The notes: a model not told the origin generated them from the letters alone. DNA of 62,052 bases, filler included, from 8 parts of 8 records of this genome joined end to end with filler, not necessarily neighbours in it, one strand, 5' to 3'; counted from the whole stretch's first letter, positions 27,681 through 38,821 are shown. Numbers and translations: made by a program.

Positions 27681-28280
27681 TCAATTACTTATGTTCAAGA
27701 GTGATTGTTTCAGAAAGGCATAGAGCTCCATGCAGCAGGACCTGACGTTTTTCCTGAAATTCGGGACCGTTTTCTCATCGGCGAGATCGCTCACCACACG
27801 GACACTGGCGAAGGCGCAGCCCCAGGCCTCTGCCGCGGCAGCGAGGAAATAACTCTCCATGGTACAGATATCCGCACGCCCGGCCAGGGCGCGTCTCCGC
27901 CGGGAGTCAAGAACGGGGCTGTCAACGGTCAGAACGGTACATTCTTTTACCTGAGAACTGAGCCCTGGCCCCCTGCCGGCCTCGATCTCCGGCTCTCTGC
28001 CGTATAAAAACGTCCTTCCAGACAGAATCTGTCCCATTGCTATGCCGTCGGCAAGCCCGCCCGCCGTTCCCGTATCCAGAAGAAGGTCGGGGATCTCTGT
28101 CGGGGAGACCTGCTCTATCCATTTCCCAGTGGCGAAGCCCGTATGAACGATCTTCACCTTAGCGGAGCCCAAACGGGTTTCAGCGCAGCGGAAGTCGTGA
28201 TCAGCCGATTCTTTCGCAGCGAAGCTCTCCCTGGCGCAGTGATACTCCCGGAGAACCGGCGTGACGATAAGGACCGATCC
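27681..28280 (-). CDS. MTA/SAH nucleosidase / nucleoside phosphorylase-like protein (5' truncated)
   Basis: Frame stays open to the contig edge (GSVLIVTPVLREY); DTGTAGGL, TMES, VRVVSDLAD. Confidence 0.7.
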   Translation of the reverse strand, partial: GSVLIVTPVLREYHCARESFAAKESADHDFRCAETRLGSAKVKIVHTGFATGKWIEQVSPTEIPDLLLDTGTAGGLADGIAMGQILSGRTFLYGREPEIEAGRGPGLSSQVKECTVLTVDSPVLDSRRRRALAGRADICTMESYFLAAAAEAWGCAFASVRVVSDLADEKTVPNFRKNVRSCCMELYAFLKQSLLNISN

Positions 28281-28381
28281 GNNNNNNNNNNNNNNNNNNN
28301 NNNNNNNNNNNNNNNNNNNNNNNNNTTAATTAATTAANNNNNNNNNNNNNNNNNNNNNNNNNNNNNNNNNNNNNNNNNNNN

Positions 28382-28675
28382 CTCTTCAAGAAACGCGCCC
28401 ATTATTTCAATGCTTTCCTTTTCCACTATTTTATCGAAAATTTTGTCTTTAACGTCCTTGGGCAGAAGCTCGATGCTTTTGGTTGTGGCGCTGTCGAATT
28501 TGGCCGTGGGAAAAAGTTGAAGCAGTTTGTCTTTTTGCGCATCATCGGCGTACACCCGTAAAACTTTCAAGCCGGCCAGCATTTCCTCGCACATATCAGC
28601 CAGGCCGGCTTTCTGCAGCTTGGCGTACCGCTCTTCATTTATCCAAATATTTATGGGATATTTGTCCGGGCTCAT
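28382..28675 (-). CDS. Conserved small hypothetical protein downstream of sat (3' truncated)
   Basis: RBS AGGAGG; YPINIWINEERY...EMLAGLKVL...FDSATTKSIELLP. Confidence 0.7.
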
Positions 28676-28693
28676 GATCTTTCCTCCTGTCTT

Positions 28694-29950
28694 TCAGCCA
28701 AGGGGCGGAAAAGTATAAACCGGAGTCCGTGTTTCCAGGTATTCATCTGTCACGAACGGCGATCCATGGCCGTACTTTTCAGCGCACTCCATCACGAGGT
28801 CGAAAATTTCCGGCCTGAAAATCAGGCGCGGCGGCTTGACCCCGTCCTGGACGATGCTGCGGATCACGGTGCCGCTGAATTTCTGCCATTCATCCTGGTG
28901 ATTGCATAAGCCTTCGGATGTTATTTCTCCGCAATGGGGGCAATATAGCCAGTTCATGGAATAGACCGGGGTGATATTTATATCGTCCTGCACCGTGGCC
29001 AATAGCTTGTGGGCGTCGTAGGGGCCGTAATATGTCCCCACCCCGGCGTGGTCCCGGCCGAACATATGGTGGGTCAGGCCGAGGTTGGTTCGCAGGGCGG
29101 CGTGAAAAACCGCTTCCCTGGGGCCGGCGTATCGCATATCCCACAGGGTCAGGGAAGTCATGTGATTGTGATCGCCGAAATATCCGGCGCGCCTCTGCTC
29201 GTCCTGGGTTAGAATTATGGCTTCATCTATATAGTCGCCTTTTCTTTTTTCTCCGACAATGGCATTGACCAGAACCCCGACCAGGGGCTTCTCTATGGGA
29301 AGTTCGGCATAAGTCTGAAACCAGGCGCCTTTCATCAGCCATTCATGCCCTGTGTGAGGCACATTGCGGGTTTGATGGGCCACAATTCTTTCCCAGCCCT
29401 TTTCCTTGAATTTTTGACGCATTTGCAGGGGCGGAAGGAAATACGGCTCGTATGGAGGATTGATGACCGGCCTGTTCACCAGGCTGACATTTCCGCCGAT
29501 AAATTTTTCTTTATACTTGTACGTCCTGGCGCAGCCCGGATGTTTGTCTTCCGTTGTGCCGTACACGGCCTGGCACATGTCCTGCCGGTTGTAGTCATAA
29601 ATTTCTTCAACTTCCAGGACGGCCATTGGATTGCCGCCGCAAGTCAAAAGCAGGGTTTTTCCCGGGCTGACCTCGTATTCCGATATTTCGGCACCGGAAA
29701 GATCAAATAGAATGGGAATGCTCCAGACCGTTCCGTCGGTCAGCCTCATTTTGTCGCACACGGATTCCAGGTCGGCCTTTTTCATGAACCCTTGCAAGGG
29801 AGTGAACCACCCGTACGCTATGTCGATAACCTCATTTGCGATTTGGCTTCGGACTTCAATGGATTTAAGCCCCTTGATTTTTTCCGCGGCATCGGAGGGA
29901 TCAAGAATCCTCTCTTCAATCTCCCGGCCGCCGTGACCTATTTCCGGCAT
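28694..29950 (-). CDS. sat: Sulfate adenylyltransferase
   Basis: GWFTPLQGFM, WSIPI, QTRNVPHTGHE, MRYAGPREAVFHA, GRDHAGVG, CPHC...CNH Zn site, SGT. Confidence 0.93.
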   Translation of the reverse strand: MPEIGHGGREIEERILDPSDAAEKIKGLKSIEVRSQIANEVIDIAYGWFTPLQGFMKKADLESVCDKMRLTDGTVWSIPILFDLSGAEISEYEVSPGKTLLLTCGGNPMAVLEVEEIYDYNRQDMCQAVYGTTEDKHPGCARTYKYKEKFIGGNVSLVNRPVINPPYEPYFLPPLQMRQKFKEKGWERIVAHQTRNVPHTGHEWLMKGAWFQTYAELPIEKPLVGVLVNAIVGEKRKGDYIDEAIILTQDEQRRAGYFGDHNHMTSLTLWDMRYAGPREAVFHAALRTNLGLTHHMFGRDHAGVGTYYGPYDAHKLLATVQDDINITPVYSMNWLYCPHCGEITSEGLCNHQDEWQKFSGTVIRSIVQDGVKPPRLIFRPEIFDLVMECAEKYGHGSPFVTDEYLETRTPVYTFPPLG

Positions 29951-30688
29951 GTTTTTTCCTCCTTTAATAATTGATGGGCTCGACTAGAAAATTGAGGCTG
30001 CGGATAGGAGATCGACTGCACGGGAATAAAGTCAGGGTTTAATGGGCCAATGCTGTTTATGGAACTTCCACATGGAAAATATGAGAGTCGTCAACTGACT
30101 TGATTTTTCGGTCGAAAGATAAAAAGCCGGTTTGAAAACGCACGGTCTTAATGAAAGAAGAACAAGCAGAATATTTTAAATTGTAGATCGGTTCCCGTAT
30201 CGATCCAGCCCCAATTTAAATTTATAGCCCCGGAGCGGAAAAGGCAATATATGTTCATGATAAATCATCAATATGAAACACTATTTATTAATAGATCGTC
30301 GCAGGGCCTCGGCCGGCCGTCGCGGTGTTATAAATAAGTATTGAAAATGTTAATGTTTTCAGATATTAATTTTTTAGAGTTCTTTTGAATCCTATTTTAC
30401 GGCATTTGGCTGGATCCCTCAAAATAAGCTTTTTCAATTTCCATCTTTTTACCATCAGGCTTGTTTTGTAGTTTCCGATATTACGGCTCGGAGACCAAAC
30501 GCCGGCGCCCGCATCGGTTTGAACGCTGCTGTATCGCAACAAAAAGCCGATGAACCGGGATTCGACCGGACTTGATAAAGGCCCGGCAGACAAATTATCC
30601 GGTATTTACAGTCAATTTTTATCGGCAGTTGTCGCGCCGTCAGGATGCATTAAACCAAGAAGGCGTTAAGCCTTCACAGGAGTGATTT

Positions 30689-31114
30689 ATGAGTGAAATA
30701 AAAGATGGGGACAAGGTTCAGATCCACTATACGGGTCGTTTGGAAGATGGGACGGTTTTCGAAACATCGGACGAGGACAAACCCCTCGAATTCGTAGTCG
30801 GCAGCGACCAGATAATAACCGGCATCAGCATGGCCGTGCTAGGCATGAAAGTCGGTGAAACCAAAACAGTGAATATATCGCCGGAAGACGGTTTTGGGGA
30901 ATGGCAGCCCGACCAGGCGACCAGGGTTGACCGACAGTATCTTCCCCATGACGTCCATGTCGGGGCGGCCCTGCAAGCCAATGATGAGGAATCCGGCCGG
31001 ACGTTTACGGTTTGGGTAGTGGAACTTGACGACGAAACTGCGCTATTGGATGCAAACCATCCTCTGGCCGGAACCAATCTCATTTTTGATTTGGAAGTTA
31101 TAGCGATTGCATAA
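30689..31114 (+). CDS. FKBP-type peptidyl-prolyl isomerase (SlyD/SlpA-like)
   Basis: HYTGRLEDGTVF, LDANHPLAG. Confidence 0.92.
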   Translation: MSEIKDGDKVQIHYTGRLEDGTVFETSDEDKPLEFVVGSDQIITGISMAVLGMKVGETKTVNISPEDGFGEWQPDQATRVDRQYLPHDVHVGAALQANDEESGRTFTVWVVELDDETALLDANHPLAGTNLIFDLEVIAIA

Positions 31115-31126
31115 TTATTAATATAG

Positions 31127-31158
31127 GGGCGCGGTCTTTCCGTATAAGGCCGCGCCTC
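31127..31158 (+). terminator. Hairpin/terminator after FKBP gene
   Basis: GGGGCGCGGTCTT...AAGGCCGCGCCTC. Confidence 0.55.
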
Positions 31159-31254
31159 TCGCCTTCCTCGGTTTTTTTATCCCCCGTATTGATTTCCTGT
31201 TTACACTTGACACGTCTTTAAATAAGATGTAGTTAGCGTGCGAAGGGTAGATAT

Positions 31255-31677
31255 ATGAAATGGGATAGAGAAAACCTTCCGGACTGTGTAGTCTTCTTTC
31301 TGGCCAAGGCCTATCAAAAGGCGCATGGACATTTTAAGCAGTATTTGAAACCGTTCGGACTGACCAATCTTCAACACCTGGTTCTGGAAGCCCTTTGGTA
31401 CCAGGAAGGTTTTACCGCGACCGAACTTGGAAAAAATCTGATTCTGGACAAAGCCACTCTATCGGGCGTGCTGGACCGCATGACTGATGCAGGGTGGATC
31501 GAAAAAATACCGGACCCGGATGACAGAAGGGTTCACCGGTTATATCCATCTGAAAAAGCTAATGAAATTAAGGATGAACTTATAGAGGCCCGTCGTAAGG
31601 CCAATGAAGAGTTGTTGACGGATTTCACGGCGGAAGAGAGAATTCTTTTTAAACGTTTTTTGATGGATTTTGTCTGA
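31255..31677 (+). CDS. MarR-family regulator
   Basis: LDKATLSGVLDRM, DPDDRR wing motif. Confidence 0.92.
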   Translation: MKWDRENLPDCVVFFLAKAYQKAHGHFKQYLKPFGLTNLQHLVLEALWYQEGFTATELGKNLILDKATLSGVLDRMTDAGWIEKIPDPDDRRVHRLYPSEKANEIKDELIEARRKANEELLTDFTAEERILFKRFLMDFV

Positions 31678-31755
31678 AAATATTTTTTTACCTTAAAGGT
31701 TCGTACGCGAACCATGTGATTTGTCGATTCTTTTTCAAAATAATATTATGAAAGG

Positions 31756-33465
31756 ATGGAAGACATGCTGCTTAATCCGAAAAAAGAAAAGTACGAACAC
31801 CTGGATGAACGCTCCAGGGAAATCATGCTCAAGACCATCGAATTTTTTGAGAAAAAAGGTAAACAGCAGTGTAAGCATGATTTACACGAACGTATCTGGC
31901 ATGATGAATTTTTTGAATTTTTAAAAGAAAACAGGATATTCGCCGACTTGCTGACCCCCCGCAAGTACGCCGGCGACAATGCCGATGCCAGGTGGGACAC
32001 GGCGCGCATCTCCGATTTTAATGAAATCCTGGGATTTTACGGGCTGTCTTACTGGTACGCCTGGCAGGTTACCATACTGGGTTTGGGCCCCATATGGATG
32101 AGCAATAATGAAAAGGTGAAGCAACAGACCGTCAAGATGCTGGATGAAGGCGGAATTTTCGCATTCGGCCTGTCCGAGCGCGCCCACGGGGCCGACCTTT
32201 ATTCATCGGAAATGATGCTCACCCCCCTGGCCGAGGGAAAATACGTGGCCGACGGCGGTAAATATTATATCGGCAACGCCAATAAGGCTTCCTATGTTTC
32301 CACATTCGCTAAAAATTCGGAAACCGACGAATACGCCTTTTTCGTGGCCGAACCTACTCATGAAAACTACGAGTTGGTAAAAAACACTGTTGACTGGAGC
32401 GGTTATGTGGCCGAATACGCCTTGAGCGGTTACCCGGTCACGGATGATGAAATTTTAAGCACGGGTTCCGAAGCATGGGATGCGGCCCTTAACACGGTTA
32501 ATGTCGGCAAGTTCAACCTGGGTTGGGCGTCCCTGGGAATTGGCGAGCATTGCTTTTACGAATCCTTAAACCATGCGGCCCATAGAAACCTGTATGGTAA
32601 ATTCGTAACCGAATTCCCGCATATCAAGCAGCTTTTCACCGATGCATATACAAAACTTGCCGCTATGAAGCTTTTCTCCAGCCGCGCGGTGGATTACATG
32701 AGGTCCGCTTCCCCTGAAGACCGCCGTTACCTTCTTTTTAATCCCCTGGTCAAGATGAAGGTCACCTGCGAAGGCGAGGAAGTTATAAACCTGCTGTGGG
32801 ATGTTATCGCGGCCCGCGGTTTTGAAAAAGACATGTATTTTGAAAACGCCGCCAAGGACGTTAGGACTCTGCCCAAACTGGAAGGCACGGTCCATGTAAA
32901 CATGGCCCTGGTGGTTAAATTCATGGCCAATTATTTCTTCAACCCGGATGAATTCCCGGAAATTCCCAGAAGAACCGATTCGGCCGACGATGAATTCCTC
33001 TTTAACCAGGGGCCGACCAAGGGTTTGGGTAAGATCCGTTTTCATGATTATAACATCGCGTATAACAGTGTGGATTTGCCCAATGTGAACATATTCAAGA
33101 AGCAGATAGCCGTGCTCAAGGAATTTCTGGCAACCGCCCCTCCGAGCAAGGAACAGTCAAAGGACATAGACTTTCTGCTTACCCTGGGCGAACTATTCAC
33201 CCTGGTGGCATACGGTCAGCTTATTATTGAAAAGGCCAACATGGAAAACCTGGACCAGGATCTGCTCGAACAGATTTTCGACTTCATGATCCGCGACTTT
33301 TCCAAGTTTGCCCTGCAGCTCTACCAGAAAACCAGCAGCACCGAACAGCAGATGGAGCTATGTCAAAAGATGATCGCCAAGCCGGTTATCGATCGTGAAC
33401 GTTTCGACCGGGTTTTGAAAACCTACATCTATTCCCAGGTGGATGCTTTCGAACAGAACGCTTAA
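31756..33465 (+). CDS. Acyl-CoA dehydrogenase
   Basis: AFGLSERAHGAD, GGKYYIGN, VNVGKFNLG, PKLEGTVHVN. Confidence 0.92.
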   Translation: MEDMLLNPKKEKYEHLDERSREIMLKTIEFFEKKGKQQCKHDLHERIWHDEFFEFLKENRIFADLLTPRKYAGDNADARWDTARISDFNEILGFYGLSYWYAWQVTILGLGPIWMSNNEKVKQQTVKMLDEGGIFAFGLSERAHGADLYSSEMMLTPLAEGKYVADGGKYYIGNANKASYVSTFAKNSETDEYAFFVAEPTHENYELVKNTVDWSGYVAEYALSGYPVTDDEILSTGSEAWDAALNTVNVGKFNLGWASLGIGEHCFYESLNHAAHRNLYGKFVTEFPHIKQLFTDAYTKLAAMKLFSSRAVDYMRSASPEDRRYLLFNPLVKMKVTCEGEEVINLLWDVIAARGFEKDMYFENAAKDVRTLPKLEGTVHVNMALVVKFMANYFFNPDEFPEIPRRTDSADDEFLFNQGPTKGLGKIRFHDYNIAYNSVDLPNVNIFKKQIAVLKEFLATAPPSKEQSKDIDFLLTLGELFTLVAYGQLIIEKANMENLDQDLLEQIFDFMIRDFSKFALQLYQKTSSTEQQMELCQKMIAKPVIDRERFDRVLKTYIYSQVDAFEQNA

Positions 33466-33486
33466 TTTTTTAAATTGGAAATAAGG

Positions 33487-33516
33487 CAAGCCCGGCCTGA
33501 CGGCCGGGCTTGTTGT
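33487..33516 (+). terminator. Terminator hairpin
   Basis: CAAGCCCGGCC-TGAC-GGCCGGGCTTG. Confidence 0.75.
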
Positions 33517-33645
33517 GTAACGGGCTGATTTTTCTATTAAGGCGCNNNNNNNNNNNNNNNNNNNNNNNNNNNNNNNNNNNNNNNNNNNNTTAATTAATTA
33601 ANNNNNNNNNNNNNNNNNNNNNNNNNNNNNNNNNNNNNNNNNNNN

Positions 33646-34371
33646 AAAGGTGTTGAACTTCGCTTGAACATGCGTCGTACGAACCGTCTTGCAGGAAGTG
33701 TTAACTATACACTAACATTGGCAGATGGTACTGCATCTAACAGTACGTCAGCACACGGTGCTCTTTATATGAACACTCAGATGCCGACAACGATCAACCC
33801 GCTTGATTTCTCACAGATGCATACCGGTGCTATTAATCTTGATTACCGCTTTGGCGATAACGATGGCGGCCCCATTCTTCAAAACATGGGCGCTAACGTC
33901 TTGATCGGCTTCTCAAGCGGCCACCCCTACACAAAAGTTGATGTGATGGTCGGTGGACAATCAGATCCTTATACAGCAGGTATCGACTATATGGATGATA
34001 CCCGTGACCGTGTGGCAGAAGAACCGATTGGTGCTTCAACCACACCTTGGCAATTCACTACAGACCTACGTTTGGATAAATCATTCAAAATTGGTGGTCT
34101 GGATGCCAATGTATTTGTTATGGTTACCAACCTCTTTAACCGTAAAAACGTTGTCAATGTCTATGAATTCACCGGTAGTGCCGAAGACGATGGTTTCCTG
34201 ACCGATCCTGTTCGTTCAGCAACGACCATTGCCAATAATGGTGGCCAAGACTATATAGATATGTATACCGCCATTAACCTGGTTAACACCCAGGCTTACT
34301 GGGATGCTATCGATAGAGAGATCTACGGCAATCCGCGTCAGATCAATTTTGGTATCCGCTTATCATTCTAA
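33646..34371 (+). CDS. TonB-dependent receptor, C-terminal fragment (FCB type)
   Basis: KGVEL..., YTL..A.G.., SGHPYT, DLRLDKSF, TNLFNRKN, YGNPRQINFGIRLSF with terminal Phe. Confidence 0.85.
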   Translation, partial: KGVELRLNMRRTNRLAGSVNYTLTLADGTASNSTSAHGALYMNTQMPTTINPLDFSQMHTGAINLDYRFGDNDGGPILQNMGANVLIGFSSGHPYTKVDVMVGGQSDPYTAGIDYMDDTRDRVAEEPIGASTTPWQFTTDLRLDKSFKIGGLDANVFVMVTNLFNRKNVVNVYEFTGSAEDDGFLTDPVRSATTIANNGGQDYIDMYTAINLVNTQAYWDAIDREIYGNPRQINFGIRLSF

Positions 34372-34400
34372 CATTGATAAAACGTATAGTTAAGGAGATA

Positions 34401-37400
34401 ATGATGAAAAAAATAATTACAATAGTAACCATTGTCGCTCTGCTCTTTGCGGTCGGCCTGGTAGCCAAGCCATTGGACGGCCAGCCTCTTGCAAAGCCGG
34501 CTGCGGCAACTGGCCAGGTTACCCGTACCCTGTCGAATATTTCGAACTGGGCTTACTGGGTATATTACAATGGACAAACCGGTCATGCGCCGGACGGTAG
34601 TTCCGGAGGTACTTATCCTCGCGGTACGGCTGCCGCCATCTACCAGGACGGTTTCGTCTGGGGTGGTATGTATGACAGTAATGGCGATGGAACTGCTAAT
34701 CAGATCCGCGTCGGTGGTCAGACCTATAATATCGGTACTGTCCCCGGTCGTGTTATCACCGGTGGTAAATATGAAGATGGCAATTTTGAAATTGCCGATC
34801 CTACCGATGAAGCAGTCCGCGTATACCGCATACGCCCGGACTATGAAAGCCTGACCTCTGCTATGGTCATTCAGGATGCAGCTGAACAGAATGAGATCTC
34901 AGCTTCTTCCGTTACGGATGCTATGACACAGGCGATCATTGACCAATATGAACAAGATTGGGATGAATGGCCCACAGACTGGGGCGCACCCTATTATGAT
35001 CTTGATGATGATGGTGTTTACACCGCAGATGTTGATGAACCGGGTATTGCTCAGGCAGACCAGGTTGTTTGGTATGTTGTAAATGATTATAACGCAACAG
35101 CCACAACAGCACTTTACGGTTCGCAACCGATCGGCGTCGAGGTCCAGACAACACTTTGGGCTTATAATCAGCCCGGCGTTCGTTTGGGACAGCTGATCTT
35201 CCGTTCAAACAAGATCATTAACAAATCAGGAACCACATTGGAAGATGTATATGTTTCTATGTGGGCAGATCCCGACTTGGGTTCAGCAGCAAACGACTTT
35301 GCAGGCTGTGATACAACTCTAAGTTTAGGTTTCTGCTACAATGGTGAAGCAACCGATGCCGATTACGATGCATTTGACCTTGCACCGCCCGCTTTCGGTT
35401 ATGACTTTTTCCAGGGTCCTATTGTCGACTCTCCCGGAGATACGGCAATTTTTGAATTAGATTATGTTCCGGATCACAAAAACTTACCGATGACTTCATA
35501 CGGTTGGTTTGCTGCCGGTTCATCGATCGAAGATCCCGAATTGGGTGACTATGTTGGTACACTTCAGTTCTATAACCTGATGAAAGGTTATAAACCTACT
35601 GAAGATGCTATCCCGGTTCCCTGGCATTTGGGAAATATTGATACAAACCCGACAACCAAATATCCGCTTCACGGTGATCCCACGGTCCCCGGAGCTTCAG
35701 AAGTTGACGGTACGGACAGTTACTTTACACCCGGCGACCGCCGTATGTGTGTATCTTCCGGACCTTTCACCTTTGAACCCGGTGACGTACAGGAAGTTGT
35801 TGTAGCTATCGTTGGTGGTTTGGGTGTTGATAATATTGGTTCTGTTGCAGATTTAAAACTATCTGACGCCGTGGCTCAGACTCTCTTTGACGGTCTGTTC
35901 CTCGAAGTTCCGAAACCACCGGCATCACCTGATGTTGTTGCACGCGCATTTGAGAACAGCGTTGTTCTGGAATGGGGTTCAAACTCAGAACGCGTAGCTA
36001 CAATTGAAGAAACGGTTGTTTCAGGATATGAATTTGAAGGTTATACTGTTTATCAGTTGCCTCATGCAACAGCAACCAAAGATCAGGCTACACGTATTGT
36101 CACTTATGATATTGACAATGAATATAAACTGATCTATGAAGCACGTACTCCCGATCTTTATGAAGGTGAAGAAGTACAGGTTCCGATCGCTTATGGTGAC
36201 AATACTGGAATTCAGCGTTATCATATGATCGATTGGGATTATATTGACAACAAGCCTCTTTATGAAGGCAAGACCTATTATTATGCGGTTACCGCATACA
36301 ACCAGAATCACGATGCCGGCCGTTTGGCCGAAAAAGCCCAGGAATCTGCAATTATCGCTATGGCTGTTACTATGCAAGAGCCTCTGCCCGGTAATATGTT
36401 GAATACTGAAGCTGAAAGTGAATTTGACGTTGTTCATGCTGCCGGCGCTTCCGGTGGTCAGGTCCAGGTAACAGTTGTAGATCCTTTTGCCGTAACCGGT
36501 GAAGACTACAGCATTACTTTCTCATATAATGAAGATTCAACAGCCATTGTTTTCAATGTGCTTGATGAATCGGGCGTTGTATTGAGTAGCGGTAATTCTC
36601 AGGTTACAGATCTTACAGACAAAGCCGGCGCACCGATCGTCGATGGTCTTGAGATCAAAGTAGCGGGTCCTCCTTCAGGTATTGCAGAGTGTGTCCAGCC
36701 GGACGCGCACGGCAGTTCCAATATTGTTGATTCCAATGTTTGGCATTCACTGCAGGCAGCCGGTGACGGCTCAGAACCATGGCACCGTGAAGCCGGCGCT
36801 CCATGGATGTACATGGATTCACGTGCAGGCGACCTGAATGGTGATCTTTATGATAACGTTCCTGACCGCTTCCAGAACTGGGGAACTGCCGATTTCGAGA
36901 TCGTTTTTGGTGATTCTTCCGTTGCATGGAGTTATTTGTACGATTACGTTCTGGATGATAAAGTCCCGTTCGCTATTTACAAATACAATCTTGACGGCAC
37001 TGTAAAACGTATGTTCATCGCAATTTTTGATGATCAAGTTGATACAGTCGGTGGTTCATGGGACCAGGGTCTTGCAACCGCTTATACCGCCACCAGTGGT
37101 TATGAAGAAATTTACGCATACGATAATGACGGAACAGGCTATCAGGTTTCTGATGAAGCTACTTACATTTCCGCCGATGATCTCTATGCCGCTCCTTCAA
37201 ACACCGGTTGGGGATCAGCGGGCAACCCTTACGGTTATCCTCAGATCAACCGTCTGATCGTAGCTATGTATCCTGAAGGTACGGTAGGTCCTCCTACTGC
37301 AGGAACTGTCATCCGTTTCAATACCTATAAACCTATTGATCTGGATGATGTTTATACTTTCACGACCGAAGGCTATGAACCTGAAAACAGTGATTCGCTC

Positions 37401-37733
37401 ATGGCGCTTGCGATTGAAAAGATCAATGTATTCCCTAATCCATACTACGCTTACAATGAACTGTCAACAACGCCGTACGATCAGTATGTAACATTTACAC
37501 ATTTGCCTGAAATGGCAACGATCAAGATATTCAACTTGGCCGGTGTACTTGTTAAAACGATCGAACACGACAACGCTGCTTCACAGTTTGAACAATGGGA
37601 TCTGACCAATGCGTCCGATATTCCTGTTGCAAGCGGTATGTACATTGCGCATATCGATATGCCCGATGAAGGTGCACAGAAGATCTTAAAGGTCATGATC
37701 GTTCAGAAGAAACAAATTCTGGAATATTATTGA
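34401..37733 (+). CDS. Large acidic secreted protein with T9SS type-A-like C-terminal sorting domain
   Basis: RBS AAGGAG, signal peptide, WADPDLG, FN3-like FEGYTVY/YYYAVTAY, CTD INVFPNPY...IKIFNLAGVLVKTI...WDLTN...VASGMYIAHI. Confidence 0.85.
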   Translation: MMKKIITIVTIVALLFAVGLVAKPLDGQPLAKPAAATGQVTRTLSNISNWAYWVYYNGQTGHAPDGSSGGTYPRGTAAAIYQDGFVWGGMYDSNGDGTANQIRVGGQTYNIGTVPGRVITGGKYEDGNFEIADPTDEAVRVYRIRPDYESLTSAMVIQDAAEQNEISASSVTDAMTQAIIDQYEQDWDEWPTDWGAPYYDLDDDGVYTADVDEPGIAQADQVVWYVVNDYNATATTALYGSQPIGVEVQTTLWAYNQPGVRLGQLIFRSNKIINKSGTTLEDVYVSMWADPDLGSAANDFAGCDTTLSLGFCYNGEATDADYDAFDLAPPAFGYDFFQGPIVDSPGDTAIFELDYVPDHKNLPMTSYGWFAAGSSIEDPELGDYVGTLQFYNLMKGYKPTEDAIPVPWHLGNIDTNPTTKYPLHGDPTVPGASEVDGTDSYFTPGDRRMCVSSGPFTFEPGDVQEVVVAIVGGLGVDNIGSVADLKLSDAVAQTLFDGLFLEVPKPPASPDVVARAFENSVVLEWGSNSERVATIEETVVSGYEFEGYTVYQLPHATATKDQATRIVTYDIDNEYKLIYEARTPDLYEGEEVQVPIAYGDNTGIQRYHMIDWDYIDNKPLYEGKTYYYAVTAYNQNHDAGRLAEKAQESAIIAMAVTMQEPLPGNMLNTEAESEFDVVHAAGASGGQVQVTVVDPFAVTGEDYSITFSYNEDSTAIVFNVLDESGVVLSSGNSQVTDLTDKAGAPIVDGLEIKVAGPPSGIAECVQPDAHGSSNIVDSNVWHSLQAAGDGSEPWHREAGAPWMYMDSRAGDLNGDLYDNVPDRFQNWGTADFEIVFGDSSVAWSYLYDYVLDDKVPFAIYKYNLDGTVKRMFIAIFDDQVDTVGGSWDQGLATAYTATSGYEEIYAYDNDGTGYQVSDEATYISADDLYAAPSNTGWGSAGNPYGYPQINRLIVAMYPEGTVGPPTAGTVIRFNTYKPIDLDDVYTFTTEGYEPENSDSLMALAIEKINVFPNPYYAYNELSTTPYDQYVTFTHLPEMATIKIFNLAGVLVKTIEHDNAASQFEQWDLTNASDIPVASGMYIAHIDMPDEGAQKILKVMIVQKKQILEYY

Positions 37734-37770
37734 TGCCACATGAAAAACATAACGATATTAAAGGAGTGTT

Positions 37771-38802
37771 ATGATGAAACTTCAAAATAAATTCATGTCG
37801 CTATTCCTGATCGCAGCCCTGCTTGTGGGTGTTGCCTTTGCGGGTGATGTCGACCGTACCGGTACTACAGCCGGTGTACAGGTCCAAATCCCCGTTGGCG
37901 GACGTTCATTGGCTATGGGCGGATCGGATATTGCCTACACCACAGGTGCAGATGCAATTTTCTGGAATCCAGCAGGTCTGAGCGATGCAAAAGGCCAGGT
38001 GGACGCTATGTTCTCCTCGGCAAAGATCATTGCAGACATCAATACCAATTACTTTGCTTTAGCTTTTAATACTGGAGCAAATGGTGTTTTGGCTGTCAAT
38101 GTTAAATCTTTAGGTATGGGCGACATCAAAGTTACCACCGTACAAGATATGGATGGTGATGGCGGTACAACCTTTTCACCGACATTTGCGGTGATGGGTG
38201 CGTCCTACGCCCGTAGACTGACAGACAGAATCTCTGTCGGTATTACTGGTAAACTGGTATACGAAAGTATTCCCCGCGCTACCGGTACGGCATTAGCATT
38301 CGATTTCGGTCTTCAATATAAAGACCTGATGGATGTTGAAGGCCTCGGTTTGGGTCTTGCTATACGCAATATCGGTACCAATATGTCATATAGTGGTACT
38401 GCCATGTTATTGCAAGCTCGTGAAGAATATGAGACATATGATGATTTCTTCAATGTTCTCACATCTTCAGATCAGCTTCCCGCCAGCATGGAAATGGGTT
38501 TGACTTACAAACCTACAGACATGATCATGCTGAGCGCTGTTTATCAAAACAGTAATGCTGAAACCGATTATCTCAAAGTTGGTACAGAACTTAACTTTGC
38601 GGGTATCGGCTTCGTCCGCGCCGGTTATAACTTTCAGTTGAATAAAGCCGGTGAAGAACTTGGATACAGCGTATATGGTTTAACTCTGGGTGCAGGTGTT
38701 AAATTTGACGTAGGTACTACCAAGATCTTAGTTGATTACGTATTTCGTCCGGGACAATTCCTTGGAACAGAAAACCTTATCTGTTTGGGAATCGGTCTCT
38801 AA
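37771..38802 (+). CDS. PorV/PorQ-family outer-membrane barrel
   Basis: GGRSLAMGG, AIFWNPAGL, AFDFGLQY, IRNIG. Confidence 0.85.
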   Translation: MMKLQNKFMSLFLIAALLVGVAFAGDVDRTGTTAGVQVQIPVGGRSLAMGGSDIAYTTGADAIFWNPAGLSDAKGQVDAMFSSAKIIADINTNYFALAFNTGANGVLAVNVKSLGMGDIKVTTVQDMDGDGGTTFSPTFAVMGASYARRLTDRISVGITGKLVYESIPRATGTALAFDFGLQYKDLMDVEGLGLGLAIRNIGTNMSYSGTAMLLQAREEYETYDDFFNVLTSSDQLPASMEMGLTYKPTDMIMLSAVYQNSNAETDYLKVGTELNFAGIGFVRAGYNFQLNKAGEELGYSVYGLTLGAGVKFDVGTTKILVDYVFRPGQFLGTENLICLGIGL

Positions 38803-38821
38803 AAGAGAATACGATCACAAT

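Noticed and set aside
29951-30688. Long intergenic region upstream of sat, possible Rex site or ncRNA
   Set aside because: Only weak AT-rich dyads; no convincing consensus or structure. The 75-aa ORF looks spurious.
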